A stretch of 58,375 nt of DNA, the filler included, from Sphacelaria rigidula (taxonomy: Eukaryota): the NCBI GenBank assembly GCA_964200075.2. It is 9 parts of 9 records of this genome, joined end to end, with 100 filler letters (N's around TTAATTAATTAA, not from the genome) between each part and the next. Parts side by side here need not be neighbours in the genome. Positions count along the whole stretch, not along the records: positions 19,495 to 25,891 come from CAXNAA020020328.1; positions 25,992 to 32,388 come from CAXNAA020020329.1; positions 32,489 to 38,885 come from CAXNAA020020330.1; 6 more parts are not named here. One strand, written 5' to 3'. The notes beneath the pieces are model-generated. The model did not search any database. It was not told the origin of the DNA and was given only the letters and a program-made list of their open reading frames with translations. Each line of letters starts with the position of its first letter. Position 1 is the stretch's first letter. Made by a program: the position numbers and the translations under genes. Below, in pieces: positions 24,254 through 35,955 of this stretch.

Positions 24254-27200
24254 CGGGTACATACTAAACCGCAGCGTGCTCACCTCACGTGAACGCCTCC
24301 TATCCCGAGTACGGGCCAAACCTCTGGCCGAAAACGCAGCAGCCACCGCCGTCCGGGCGACCCACCCCCCTCCCCCGCGCCCGCGACCTTGACGCAGCGC
24401 CTCCCTGTTTTTCCTCTGCTCGGCGCCTATGGAGGCGGGCCATCCGGGCGCTTTCCCGGGTGCGTGCATCACCCGTCAACCTCTTCACCCCCCTGACTTT
24501 TGTTTCGTTTTGTTCTTTCGTCCCTCTCCCAGTCAGTTCCTTATTCAGAGATCAACGAGTGGAATTCCATATAGTTGTTCTGATAAATCGTGTAGAAAAT
24601 ACACACTATTTACGCCCCTGTGTGTTGGTTGTTCAAGCGTAAGAGGGTTACGATGGAGCCACCCTGTCGAGGGCTTGGCATAGCCTGTTCAAATTTGACA
24701 ATGGGACGCCCCGCGCGCTCGGTGACAACGAGTTCCACGTAGACTATGGTACGACGAGAAGGCTTCTAAGGCGGCGTACAGGAAGGTGCTGCAGTGGAGC
24801 GACAGCGATAGCCAAGAGGTTAAGATCAGGTGTTGCTGAGCAAAAAACACATAGTTACAGGCGTCGCTCACGCACGGAACATATTGGTGAGTTGGTGGTC
24901 ACTCGCTTTTTGTTTGCACCGCTCGCGTACACCATTCGTGTACCTCCATAAACTGCCGTGAAGTTTTGAAATCCAAGCCAAAACACGCCGAGGATTCTCC
25001 GACCTGCGCAAGGTAGACGGAGTAGTCGAGAAGCAACTACCATTGCAGAGTGCAAAAGCTGAGAAAGAAATAGTCGCCCAAGGCGTGACAAATTGACACA
25101 GACTTACTGAACCATCCCGGTAAAGATCAGGAAAATATTATTGCCGCCGTTTGCCCTACAAGGTCCGTTTTGCTCACAACTTTTAAGCTAAGAACGCTTC
25201 TAGCTCGGGGAATTCAAATGAAGAGTTTTCCGAGGCTCACCTTAATGCTATAAAGCGGTATATCGATTTGGTTCATTGATGTATAGAGTTGGACTTACCG
25301 ATAGCATCTAGTATCCCGGCAGATTGGCGCAGCCGATACATTGCGAAAATGTAGGCCTTTGTGCCCTTGGGCGCCAGGCAACGGCGCAAGCTCGATCGTA
25401 CTTGGGTCGACGTCCATTGAAAAACGGTAACGGCAAAATGGTGATATCGTTTCCAAGGCATCCGTACGACACGATACATCGATACTACCGATACCTATAC
25501 ACAAACCCAAACGAGTACGATAGCAATACACGAACCTCACGGGTACGTCTATCTTGTGCCCACGGCTGACTTCGTGGCGGATCAGTTCATGTACGACGAC
25601 CAAACAATCAATTATTGAGTCTAGTGATTGATGTCCGAGAAGCATCTTTACACCACCCGCCACCAATCTCCCTCGGCCGGCCGTCCCCCACGCCTGGAGC
25701 TGAGTAGCCACTTGCTCCCGTCGTTTCATCAGCGCTGTCCGCCGCCACATTTTAGCGATAACCATGGCCGACACTCGCCTCTACTTCATAACAGGAGCCG
25801 TTTATCGAGTGTCCGCAGCATGCGATACCACGATCATGGCCATTGGTCATCCCAGAAAAATATCATACGGGAGGTGGGGAAGGGGGGGAGGNNNNNNNNN
25901 NNNNNNNNNNNNNNNNNNNNNNNNNNNNNNNNNNNTTAATTAATTAANNNNNNNNNNNNNNNNNNNNNNNNNNNNNNNNNNNNNNNNNNNNAAAGAAATG
26001 CCACTTCAACCCCATATTTTGTATCAACCCCATTTTCTAGGAATCACTGTTTGTAGTGGTCGTCAATACCTACCAGCAAGTGAAGAGTGGAACCATGTTT
26101 CGAAGATTTGGTGTGGATACGAAGATTTGAATTCTCCGAGTTCTCATCCCCGATAGATCTTCCATCCCCGATTTGTAAAATCCCGTGTTACCTTCGCAAA
26201 AAAATATGTAGCAATAAAGCAGGTGTGGCTGCTAGGTGCACCCAATGAATGCGGTGTACACGCGTGTCGATGGCGATACCATCGGGGGAGCAACGGCGGA
26301 GAAGAAGCTCGTCGCCCATGTCCTTGTGTGTCCTCGTTCGGCGATTCCCAACCGCTGGGCAGGTTGCTATCATGTTATCAGCTCATAACCAATACGCGAT
26401 GTGCCGGCAGGCGGATGATATTTTTGCTGCACAGCCCCCCGGAGATCGGGATGCTGAGGGTTGTCGTCTCCTGTCTACGGCGCTGACCAATGCAAATATC
26501 GATCTCTCGTTGCCTCTCTTTTTGAACAGGATACGCCTCTGTGCGCTTCAGAACACGTCGTCGACGAGCAGGGCTATGTTCCCGTCACCGCTACTGTACT
26601 GTTCTCTCTCTCTCACACATGCCAGCAGGGACGGTATTGTTGCGGCAATAAGATCCAATCGCTACTTGAGGAGTGTTATGGTCACCGTCAACTTTACCCG
26701 ACCTCTGCATCTGTGTGTGCACCACAAGGACAAGATTCTGCCATACCCTACTTGGGGGAATACATCAGAGATCAAACACTCGTAGAGACGTTCTTGGCAT
26801 GCGGAGTGAAAAAAGATACCTCTGGCTGTGACCTAACTCTTGCTGACCTGACCCATATGGGGGCTGCCGTCCTGTATTCTGAGCCTTTTCTGATGCACAA
26901 CCGGTCGCATACCCAGCAGGGTGTGTGTGTATGCGTCTTGCGAGAATTCCCGTGTGAGGAGGTCATCACAAACTGGGGCGAGATATGGTTCCAATAGGGA
27001 CAAGGGTGTCCTATGATTAATCACTTGCCGTTGCATTGGTGACCCACGCCGTCAAGCACCGACCGCAAAGGTCTTGCCTAAGAACAGCGTTCAAGCAGCG
27101 TAGTCGGCAGTACGTCAAATAAGCACGGACATAGCTTTCGTTGCTCTACTGACTGGCTGTACAACAACAGCAGCACCGAATCGTACAAGCCTTGTACAAT

Positions 27201-27857
27201 TGAACAGTTCCGTTTTTTTTTCAATCTTATTCGATATAGAATTGAAACAGCTCTCAACAGCTGCGGGAGGGTGCCTTCCCCGGTTCCCGCCAGCTATAAA
27301 AAACCCACAGTTTTTGCCGGCTCTATGGAAAATTGACGGGTACAGAGAGTTTTCTTGGAATGAAACTTCGCGTTCGTCCACCTGTAGATCGTTTCATCTG
27401 CACATATTTTTTATTTCGAATGTGAACCTGTCCATTTAATTTCGGTTCTACATTTAATCGCTTCATGCAAATCCCAGAATAGTTTGGTATGACTCTTCGA
27501 CAGTATCTTCGTGCGATTGACCGAACCCAAAGCGAGCACTTTCACGGGCGGGAGGGGCGCGGGAGGCGGCGGGGGCAAGAAAAAATACAAATTCGTATAA
27601 TAGCGACCAGGACTCCTGTGCCCAGACGGGTAAAGTAAAGAAACATTCAAGGCATATTTTCTGCTGTTTCGCTTCAACCCCTTCATCGAGGACATGATGG
27701 GTGACAAGATGGCACAACAGTACTACACTACAGTCAGTACACCACAGATACGCAAACAGTTGGGCCGGTTTAAGCATTCTCCTCATCTTCAAACTCTTCC
27801 TTTTGATCCCTCAAGAATGACGACCACTACCCAGTAGCTGTCCATCTCATATTTTTG

Positions 27858-28684
27858 TCATAACCCACGCCGAGTTTCCATCTCCTCCGCTTCCAGTTCC
27901 AACAACATCTCCTCGCAATCCTCCACCGTACACTCGATTCGTTGAACCCCATCGACCTCTTCCCCCGCGTCCAACCCATCAGGGCCCCCACCCATTCCTC
28001 CCCTCTCCTGCGGCATACCATAAAGAGTCGCCGACAGCTCGGAAGCCATCAAACCTCCACGAACTCCCCGTGTCTCCTCGTCCCCAACCGCCGCCGCCGC
28101 GCGGGCGCCGCTTGAGCTTGCGCCTCCCCCTCCTCCGTCACCCGTCTCCTCGTCCTCGCTTTCCCAAAGTGCCGCTAGTGCCCTTTTCAAGGCTGCGCGA
28201 TGTTCCGCCGCAAGCCGAGGTCGTCTTGGTTTTCGTCGTTGCTCCTGTTGCTGTTGTTCCCTCGCGGTTATCTGTCCGACGTGACCACTACCCCTCTGGT
28301 CCGTTGCCGATCGTTCTTCGCCTTCTTGGACGCTACCCCCCCCATCGGAGGCAGGGCTCCCATTTCCCGTGGCACCGCTGTAGTCTTCGGAACGACGGCC
28401 ATCGTCAATATCTCCTTCATCGACCACATCTCCAGGCACAGGTTCACCGCGGCTCACACCCGCTTCTTTCATCCTTTTCGCCGCGGTGCTGAATTCTTCT
28501 TGATTGTCGTCGTCAGTCGCTTGCCTCCGGCCTTCTTTCCCAACCCCACCTACCCATGCTGGAGGGCTCACAAGGCGTTCGGTGGCCACCGCCCCGCTCG
28601 CGCCTATCGCAACTGCTCGATATCGCTGAAAAGCTCCCGTTGCCTGAACTTGATAAAGGCTCGCTCCGGTGTGTTCATCCACGC
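27858..28684 (-). CDS. Divergent proteasome alpha-type subunit, terminal exon
   Basis: Acceptor ggtcag| at 28685, phase 1 (G+GC=Gly). Translates GVDEHTGASLYQVQATGAFQRYRAVAIGASGAVATERL..., matching alpha-subunit AG.D..G..LY..DPSG....Y.A.AIG. Open to TGA at 27858-27860. Confidence 0.8.
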
Positions 28685-28947
28685 CTGACCAGAGAGATGT
28701 GAATCGTAAGATGGGAAAGAGTGTGCTCTTGGACACTACACTGTACGGCGGACCTACCTCGCCGTGGCGTATCATAACATAAAAGCGACATAGCCGTGCT
28801 TTTCAGCACGCTGCTGCAGAGGCCAACTTGCGCCAACGACATGCGGCAGATCTCACCGTGACGAACGTAACGAGACAACTAATCAGCGCTGGCTCGCGAC
28901 ACGCTACCGCAAATGCCACCTTACGTCAACCCCCCGTCTTGACTCAC

Positions 28948-29024
28948 CAGCCACCAAAATATCGACGGCAAGTGGTCTCTTCCCTCCACGCGTAGTACAG
29001 GAGTGGACTAGATCCGCGATACGC
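28948..29024 (-). CDS. Divergent proteasome alpha-type subunit, penultimate exon
   Basis: Acceptor cgacag| and donor |gtgagtc. The 77 nt encode RIADLVHSCTTRGGKRPLAVDILVA(G), equivalent to the alpha-subunit '..AD....TQ.GG.RPFGVS.L.AG' segment. Phase matches the next exon. Confidence 0.82.
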
Positions 29025-29489
29025 CTGTCGGTAACCAGAAAAAAAAACGAAGGAAATGGCGCCACCAGATAGAAAAGTGTGAAACGGTAAATCAGCAGGG
29101 CTAGAAAAAAATCCGTTTTTTTGTCGGCACCTCGGCTCTTGGACTTTTTCGTCGGTGCCCACTCTTATCAAGCTCGGAAACAACAACAAGAACCCAGACG
29201 GAATGATTCAGCGAAAATCTTTCTCCATGACTGAGACCCCCACAAAAATATCTTCCTGCAAGTATTCTCGAAGGCAAAGACGTTTCGGGTACACAACGGA
29301 GGCGGGCAGAAAAAAAACACACATGCGTCTGTAGCGGTATGTTCTTGTGGATCGATGCTACCTTACTTTCGGGGGGGGGGGCAGAAAATTTAGCCGTTGC
29401 AGCTGCGACGAGAGATTTCAGTCGTGCTGGATCCGTGCCGTTGATCGATTGGTTGATTGATTGTCGCACTTGAACTAATTCCCCAGGTA

Positions 29490-29660
29490 GTCATGATCCA
29501 GTCGTGGTCATTATCCACATGATAGACGTACGCGAAACAAAGAGAAAAAAATGAAACACTCGCCGAAGGAAAGTGAAGAAAACAGAAAAGGTAGCACAGA
29601 CAAGCAGACTAGATTAAATGCACGGAAGAAGTACGGAAAATAAAACGCCACTATACGGGC
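29490..29660 (+). mobile_element. Short dispersed repeat (family C) followed by an A/G-rich tract
   Basis: GTCATGATCCAGTCGTGGTCATTATCCACATGATAGACGTAC is repeated exactly at 39932 and in diverged form at ~30896 and ~41118. Confidence 0.65.
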
Positions 29661-30257
29661 AGACTTCCCCAGAGGGAATCGACTTTCCGCTACTGCGCGT
29701 CGCGCAGGGTTACGCATGACAGCAGCTTCCGCCGGGGTCTAGCTTGTTGCGTGGCGTACGCAAGGTGTCCATGCCACTGCCCCCTCTCTGTAAGCGACGG
29801 CATTGGTGGGGTGCCGGCAAATGAGCCATGGAACGAAACCTCGGCCTTTTTTTCATATTTTCTCGCTAAAGCGCTGGACGCCGAGCACGCAAAGGAGCGA
29901 AAAGGCAGAGCTGTGGCTTCTCGAACCCCACTGTCATATATCTTGTGCTCTTGGACAAGGGATCTCAGAGTCCTCTTCCATCAATTATATTAGGTAGCCC
30001 ATGAGCTGCCCGATGTGTGAAATAATTCCTCAAACAACAGTCAGCATAACCAATCTATATAATCTCTACTTCATCATGTGTGTCAGGTTATAGTCATACT
30101 TCGGCGTTCGAGTACCTATCTACCCCACGCTGGTCGTCATTGGTGTTGGGCTCGGCAGGAAGGCAGTATCAGCGCAAACAGCGTGTGTGATACCCCTGAG
30201 TGTCTTTGCAATACCCCCGTGTCATACTTCAATGCATGTGTCATTTCAGACGCTAGA

Positions 30258-30651
30258 CCGGTCGCCCCGGTGGCTCAGTTGGTAACCTAGAAACCCTCTG
30301 ACGGTTGGGTCGTGGGTTCAATTCTCGGAGCGATCTGGGATTTTTTCTCATGCCCAACAGTGGAGAGCGACGATGTCGTGGGTACACAAAATTCGACGTA
30401 ACGGTCGACGAGGGAAAGGGACTGCGAAGCCCCCCTCGCGATAAAAAAGAAAGGCAAGCACCGCAGAGGGAAAGCTGGGACTAAAACCACATGAAAAAGA
30501 AAAGCTCCTGTGTTAGCCTTCCCCCCCTGAAAAAGAAAAGCTCCTGTGTTAGCCTTCCCCCTGTGTGGCCCCGGCTGGTGCGCCCACATGTACCGAAAGG
30601 TGCAGACCGGCGCCCAGAATAGAGGGGACGACAACGCACACAACACACACA
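30258..30651 (+). mobile_element. tRNA-derived SINE family 1 copy (internal ~36-bp tandem duplication)
   Basis: A box TGGCTCAGTTGG, B box GGTTCAATTC, (CA)-rich tail. Confidence 0.87.
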
Positions 30652-32889
30652 TATATATTATTTTCAAACGGAGTTGTTCGTTTGCAATGCAGTCTTTCAC
30701 TCAGCGACAACAGCAAAATGAGAGACTTATTTTCTGATTTTGCGCCATGCCAAGCTAGCTCCAAAGGGTCTACTATATCTTGACCGTAGTTTTTGTCACA
30801 CCACCATCAGTGACTCATTCTTCAACGCGGAGTTGGACCTGCGGCCACTGGTGTCATTGAGTGATTAATAGTCGCCTTTCAACTGATAAACTAGGGATCC
30901 AGCCGTGGTCATATGATAGACGAATCCGAGACAAAACAAAACTGACAAACTCACCGAAGATGAATGAATAAAACACGAAATAACACGGCGAGTATGGCCG
31001 TTGATGGCTGGATATCAAGTGGAATTTTTTTTTGCATCGGCTGCAACCCGTGAATCAACGGGAAAATGAACGGTCAAGTCTTCATACATGAACCGTCCTG
31101 TTTGCCTCCGAACGGCAGAAACAGAGGCGATCATCGGCTTGGCTAGGGATGCTACACGTTTCGGAGATTTTCTGAATATAATCCTCGCTTGGAAAGTCGC
31201 GACGGCAAAAATTTGCCTCGGCCTGGTACAACCTTGTAGGAGGTAGAGCACAAGTTTCTCTGAAACGTGCTGTTCTTCTGCCTTAATGAATATATTTTCG
31301 ATCCGGATGCTCAACACGAAATCTTCGGCTTCATCGACAACTACAAGTACTGTGACTACCTCCACAGGCCCTCTGAATACTTCAGCCACCGAGCGAAATG
31401 CCAGCCTCTCCATGACAGTCTTCACAGCACAGGAGGTACAGTGGAGGATGTTCATGTGTGTCGAGCGACCTGACTTGCACTCAAAGTTGCAGCTTCTCGG
31501 AAGTCCCTCGAGACGTGGGAACGCCTGCGAGAGGTTCCACTTTTTTTTTTTTTTGCACTTCATTTATCGTATCGTTATCATCTACTGCGTGCGGAATGCA
31601 ACACAGGTGATTTAGCACGCGACCGGGGTCCCGAGAGGTAGATCCAGCATGTGAAAGCCGAGTCGGGCTCGATGTGCTCGGAAGATGGTCGCACGCCATC
31701 AAGCTGTGATATCATTTAGCACCAACAAACCAGAGCTGAACCAGCGTAGGACGAGAGCACTTGTGGAGATTAAAACCCTATGAAAAAGGGCACTGCAGCA
31801 TACTGCTTTCGACCCCGCTTACCTGGCCAGCATTTGGCAGGGCATAGGGGCCCCGAAAATGAAGCGGTGCTCCGAGCACCACGTCCTGGCGCAGTCTGCC
31901 ACGTACTGAACGTCGCTTCGCAAGCTGAGATGTGTTTTGGGGTGCGGGAAAGCAGCACGCAAGGAATGACAAGGCATCAGCCCACAGCAAAAGGGATGAA
32001 GGGGCAGACCGAAATAGATGGGCGCTCACACAAAAAAGCGCCTTCATTTCCTACTAATCTGGAGTAGCGGAGTCGAATCGAGTATTACTCCGACCCTCTC
32101 GGCCGCATGACCTCTGCCCCACTTGAGCGTGGTGGTAGCTTGGCTAGAAATGGCCAACTATAGCTCATCAGCCCTTGCGTGCAACAGTCTCCATCATTTT
32201 TTGCCGTGGTTTCAGCCCCCCCCCACCGCTCAGCAAGAAAGAAAGAAGACCATGTTGACCTTGACTCTAGTCCGCCGTTGTGAAATTACTTATGAGGTGT
32301 AGTACAGGCGAGAGGTTTTGCCGACGATGAAATACCACCACTCGTAATGTTGTTTCACTTGATCCGTGAGGTAGAGTTCGATCGCCCTNNNNNNNNNNNN
32401 NNNNNNNNNNNNNNNNNNNNNNNNNNNNNNNNTTAATTAATTAANNNNNNNNNNNNNNNNNNNNNNNNNNNNNNNNNNNNNNNNNNNNTTTGTTGTCTTG
32501 GGGTGGTAGGGAGGGGACTGGGGGGGGGGGGGGGGGGGGGAGGGGGGGGGGGGGGAACACTGCTCCAACCACTGTTGCTGTTTGTTGTACCCCATATTCC
32601 GTTGGTGTCATGATCTCGGTAGTAGAGCCCTGAGTTGGGTGGAAGAGTCGGTCAACAGATTCACCTCATAATATTTTTCAGCGATATGGGACTGAAGGCG
32701 GTGGGTTGTCTCTGAGGAAAACACGGATTTCACCGTTACCTCGGTGGGATGCGGGAAGCACCGTAAGTATCACACTTTTGTGGAAACAACACACGATCAC
32801 GCTTTCTAGGCGGGAGGAAGTCGCCCCTGACCGGCAGCAAGCAATCACCTCTGCCATGATAGACTCCACTCGCCACAAAAAAACGTCCA

Positions 32890-33372
32890 GGGCCACATCA
32901 AATCGTGACGTCGCCCATCAACAGAAGATTCTGACAAATGGGGTTGAACATCAGAATGAGGTTCAACTCCAAAACCCTGATTTCCCTGACCTAAAGTCAT
33001 GACATATGACTTTCATATGGGTAACCTCATCCCCCCCGACCTCCCTGAAACTGTTTCGGGGGGCTTCCAGCCTTCCGTTTCCCCAAAGGATATGTGCGAA
33101 AGCACATTTTTGGCTCGATGTCGGGGTGAAAAAAGGACGCTCCTTAGCCCGAAATGGTACATGGTCGCACATACCCTTTGGGAGAACGAAAGGCTGGAAA
33201 CCCCCAAAATAGTTTTAGGGAGGTAGGTCGGGGGGGATGAGGTCGTCCATATGAAAGTCATGCGTCATGACTTTAGGTCAAGGGAAGTACTGTTTTGGGG
33301 CTGAACCTTATTTCGATGTTCAGCCCCATTTCTCAGGATTTTTGTTCATTTGCGTAGTCTCATGTGGTGCCA
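32890..33372. mobile_element. Foldback element / MITE with ~200-bp inverted arms
   Basis: For example tgacctaaagtcatgacatatgactttcatatgg..cctcatcccccccgacct pairs with aggtcgggggggatgagg..ccatatgaaagtcatgcgtcatgactttaggtca. Outer boundaries are approximate. Confidence 0.85.
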
Positions 33373-33665
33373 TAAGCCATGTAAAAGCACGCTGTGCTCT
33401 GGCTGAACCACCGCCCCACGGTGGAAACTCAAACTCAAGCTGACCAGTCCCTCAACCTCTTGCTGACGCCACAGGAATAGGCTGGCGTGTACGCTGGGGG
33501 TACTTGGTCAGCGACGTCAGGGGTATGATATTCACAAGAGAAGGCTGGTGATCCGCTGGGGGCAATGTTTTATTGCGGTTGTGTCACATCGCAGCGCTGC
33601 CAAGTCGGGCTTTGGCCCGGCACCACTGTAATCCCGGCCAGATGAACCAGGTGAACCACGTTTTC

Positions 33666-33918
33666 GACACTTTCTACAATAGCCCCCCCCCAAAACCAGC
33701 CCAAAAGTGTAACGAAAAAAATGGCCATACAGCGCCTGATGCTTGGGTTCAGGCCGCATGAAGCGCCTCATCTTGGCAATATTGGCTCAAACGAAGTCAA
33801 GCGGGGGAATTCCCAGCTGCTCGTTGTGCTCGGTGTTTCCCATTTCGATTTATGTGAGGATTTTGCCTTCCAAAACCATGCCCTTCGGGGGGGGGGGGGG
33901 GCTATCGTAGAAAGTGTC
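33666..33918. mobile_element. MITE with GACACTTTCTAC TIRs and 4-bp TSD (TTTC)
   Basis: tttc|GACACTTTCTACAATAGCCCC ... GGGGCTATCGTAGAAAGTGTC|tttc. Confidence 0.85.
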
Positions 33919-35344
33919 TTTCACACGCCCCATCATTGTCCCCTGTCAGGGACAGCCGGTGGTTCTGCGTCGCCACGATTCCAGCGGCTACCCCCGCACC
34001 GCAGCGCCTGCAGATACGCTTCTTGTCTCTCTTCTGCTTCATGTAGTATTGGCTGAACCCGGATCTCAAGGAAGGTGCACGATATCGGTCTCACTGAGAA
34101 GAGGGCAGTAGGATGAGGAGGGAAGCAACAGCGTTATTGGCCAAGGCGACAGCGCCTCTGCAAATCTTGCTCGGATTATCGATCGGACAGAATCTAGCAA
34201 CTAAGTCTGTGACACCCCTGGGTTGCCTCCTGCACTACTCTCAATGGATTGTTTGAAAAGAGTATACTATAGCAGCGGGGGGTCCTTCTTTCTCCCTCCC
34301 CTTCCCCCCCCCCAAGAAAAAAGAATCCATTATCACCTTAGGAAACAGCCGGTTTGTGAACGTTCGTGTGTGCGTCATATACTCTTCCCCCGCGCGATCC
34401 GGGATTCCGTCCACCGTGTCCCGCAATGCAGCGAAAAATCATAATCTGATACCCGATTGATGCTATCTTTGGCGGAAGCTGGCGCCTTTCCTTTCGACCG
34501 CGGCATCGTCCATAAACCCATATGGGTCCGATGTCTACAACAAGGCGTCTGAACCATCCACACGTCATCGTTGCCTGCAGCACCCAGATCAAGGGTTGCC
34601 CGCCCGCCCGCCGTCTCGACTAGTCGCTCTTCGATAGCAGTTTCGTAAGGACCACGACTGACGCTCTGGCTGCGCCACTGACTGTCCCCGACAGCCGTAA
34701 AACGGACGGTGCCTATTCGATTGAATAGCGTAATCACCGTACGCCCGCGATGAAGCTCCGCGTAGGGGTTAAGGTTTACACAGCCTGATTCCTGCATCCT
34801 TATTTTATGGTCTGAGATGTAGGGGGCCTGGTGAGGAATGGCAACACATCACGACGGTCACTGCGTGCCCTCGCTAGAGCGTGCGTGACAAGAATCGTTG
34901 CGCTAGCTAGATCGCCGCACGACATGCCAGTTTAAGTGGTGGACCAGAGTGGGGCCCGATAGACCTATGGATATCCATGCGATCCCCATTCAGATACACT
35001 GTGACGGCAACTACTATCCTGTGAACCTTTTGGTGCTCTACTAGCATAAGTCGGTGAAACATCATGTTTCGCACGTGCTTAAGTGAGTTTTTTTTTAAGA
35101 ATCGTCCTACGATAGGGGGGAGAGGGGGTATTTTGGGCCACTTCTTGCACGAAATTCCAAGTCGAATTGTCGTTGAAAGCAGCAACAGTTGTTCGAACGC
35201 GCTTGTTATAAGTATATAACGCTCATTCATACTACTTAGCGCTGTTTTTTACCGACTACAAGCGCACCGCGAGTGTGGCAAGTCGTCTGACACACCTATG
35301 CGCCTCTTTTTTCGTGCAATTAAACACCGCCCCCCCCCTATCGT

Positions 35345-35955
35345 CACCTAAAGATATATGGGGGGTCAAGAGAGGTTGTCGGGATGAAACATATCTGCAT
35401 GGCCCCATGAACGCGGCGGAAAAATTGAAACTGCGATTTCGGGTGGGGAACCTGGACCTGCCATAAAGAAGTAAGGGGTATACCAGTAGTCGAAAGGAGG
35501 AGGAATTAGATGGACAGAACTGCTTCTGCGGCAAAGCAATAGAGAGCAGAAGTCATGTGGTTGCAGAATGTGAACTGTACAAAAAAAGGAGGAACGGGAC
35601 GTGCTAGAGGGGGAAATACGGGACGTGAACGAAGGGGGCATGGAATTGTTTGATGCATTAGACACTAGGGAGAAAACGATGGCTATACTATGAGATGGAT
35701 GGCCACAGACGGCGAAAGGGGCGGAGATAAGGTGTGTTAAAGGTTCTTGCGTAATGTATGGAAGAAACGTCATGAGCGCCGGAATGTTGAGGGTGTCTCT
35801 ATCAGGAGTAGGAACGATGCTCCGTCTCGAAAGGGATGCGTGGTCAATGGTCAAACGACTAAGGCAAGCAGCAAATGAGTACGCCCCCCCCCCCGCCCCC
35901 GCCCCCCTATCGTGGTCAATGGTCAAACGACGAAGGCAAGCGACAAATGGGTACG
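35345..35955 (+). mobile_element. LINE family A fragment plus a second truncated tail
   Basis: Homologous to 20518-21035 (ETYLHGPMNAAEKLKLRFRVGNLDLP). Flanked by ccgccc..ccctatcgt on both sides; second tail at 35911-35955. Confidence 0.85.

Noticed and set aside
34375..34797. 140-aa minus-strand ORF as a possible exon
   Set aside because: No recognisable motif or convincing splice pair; cannot be supported without a search.
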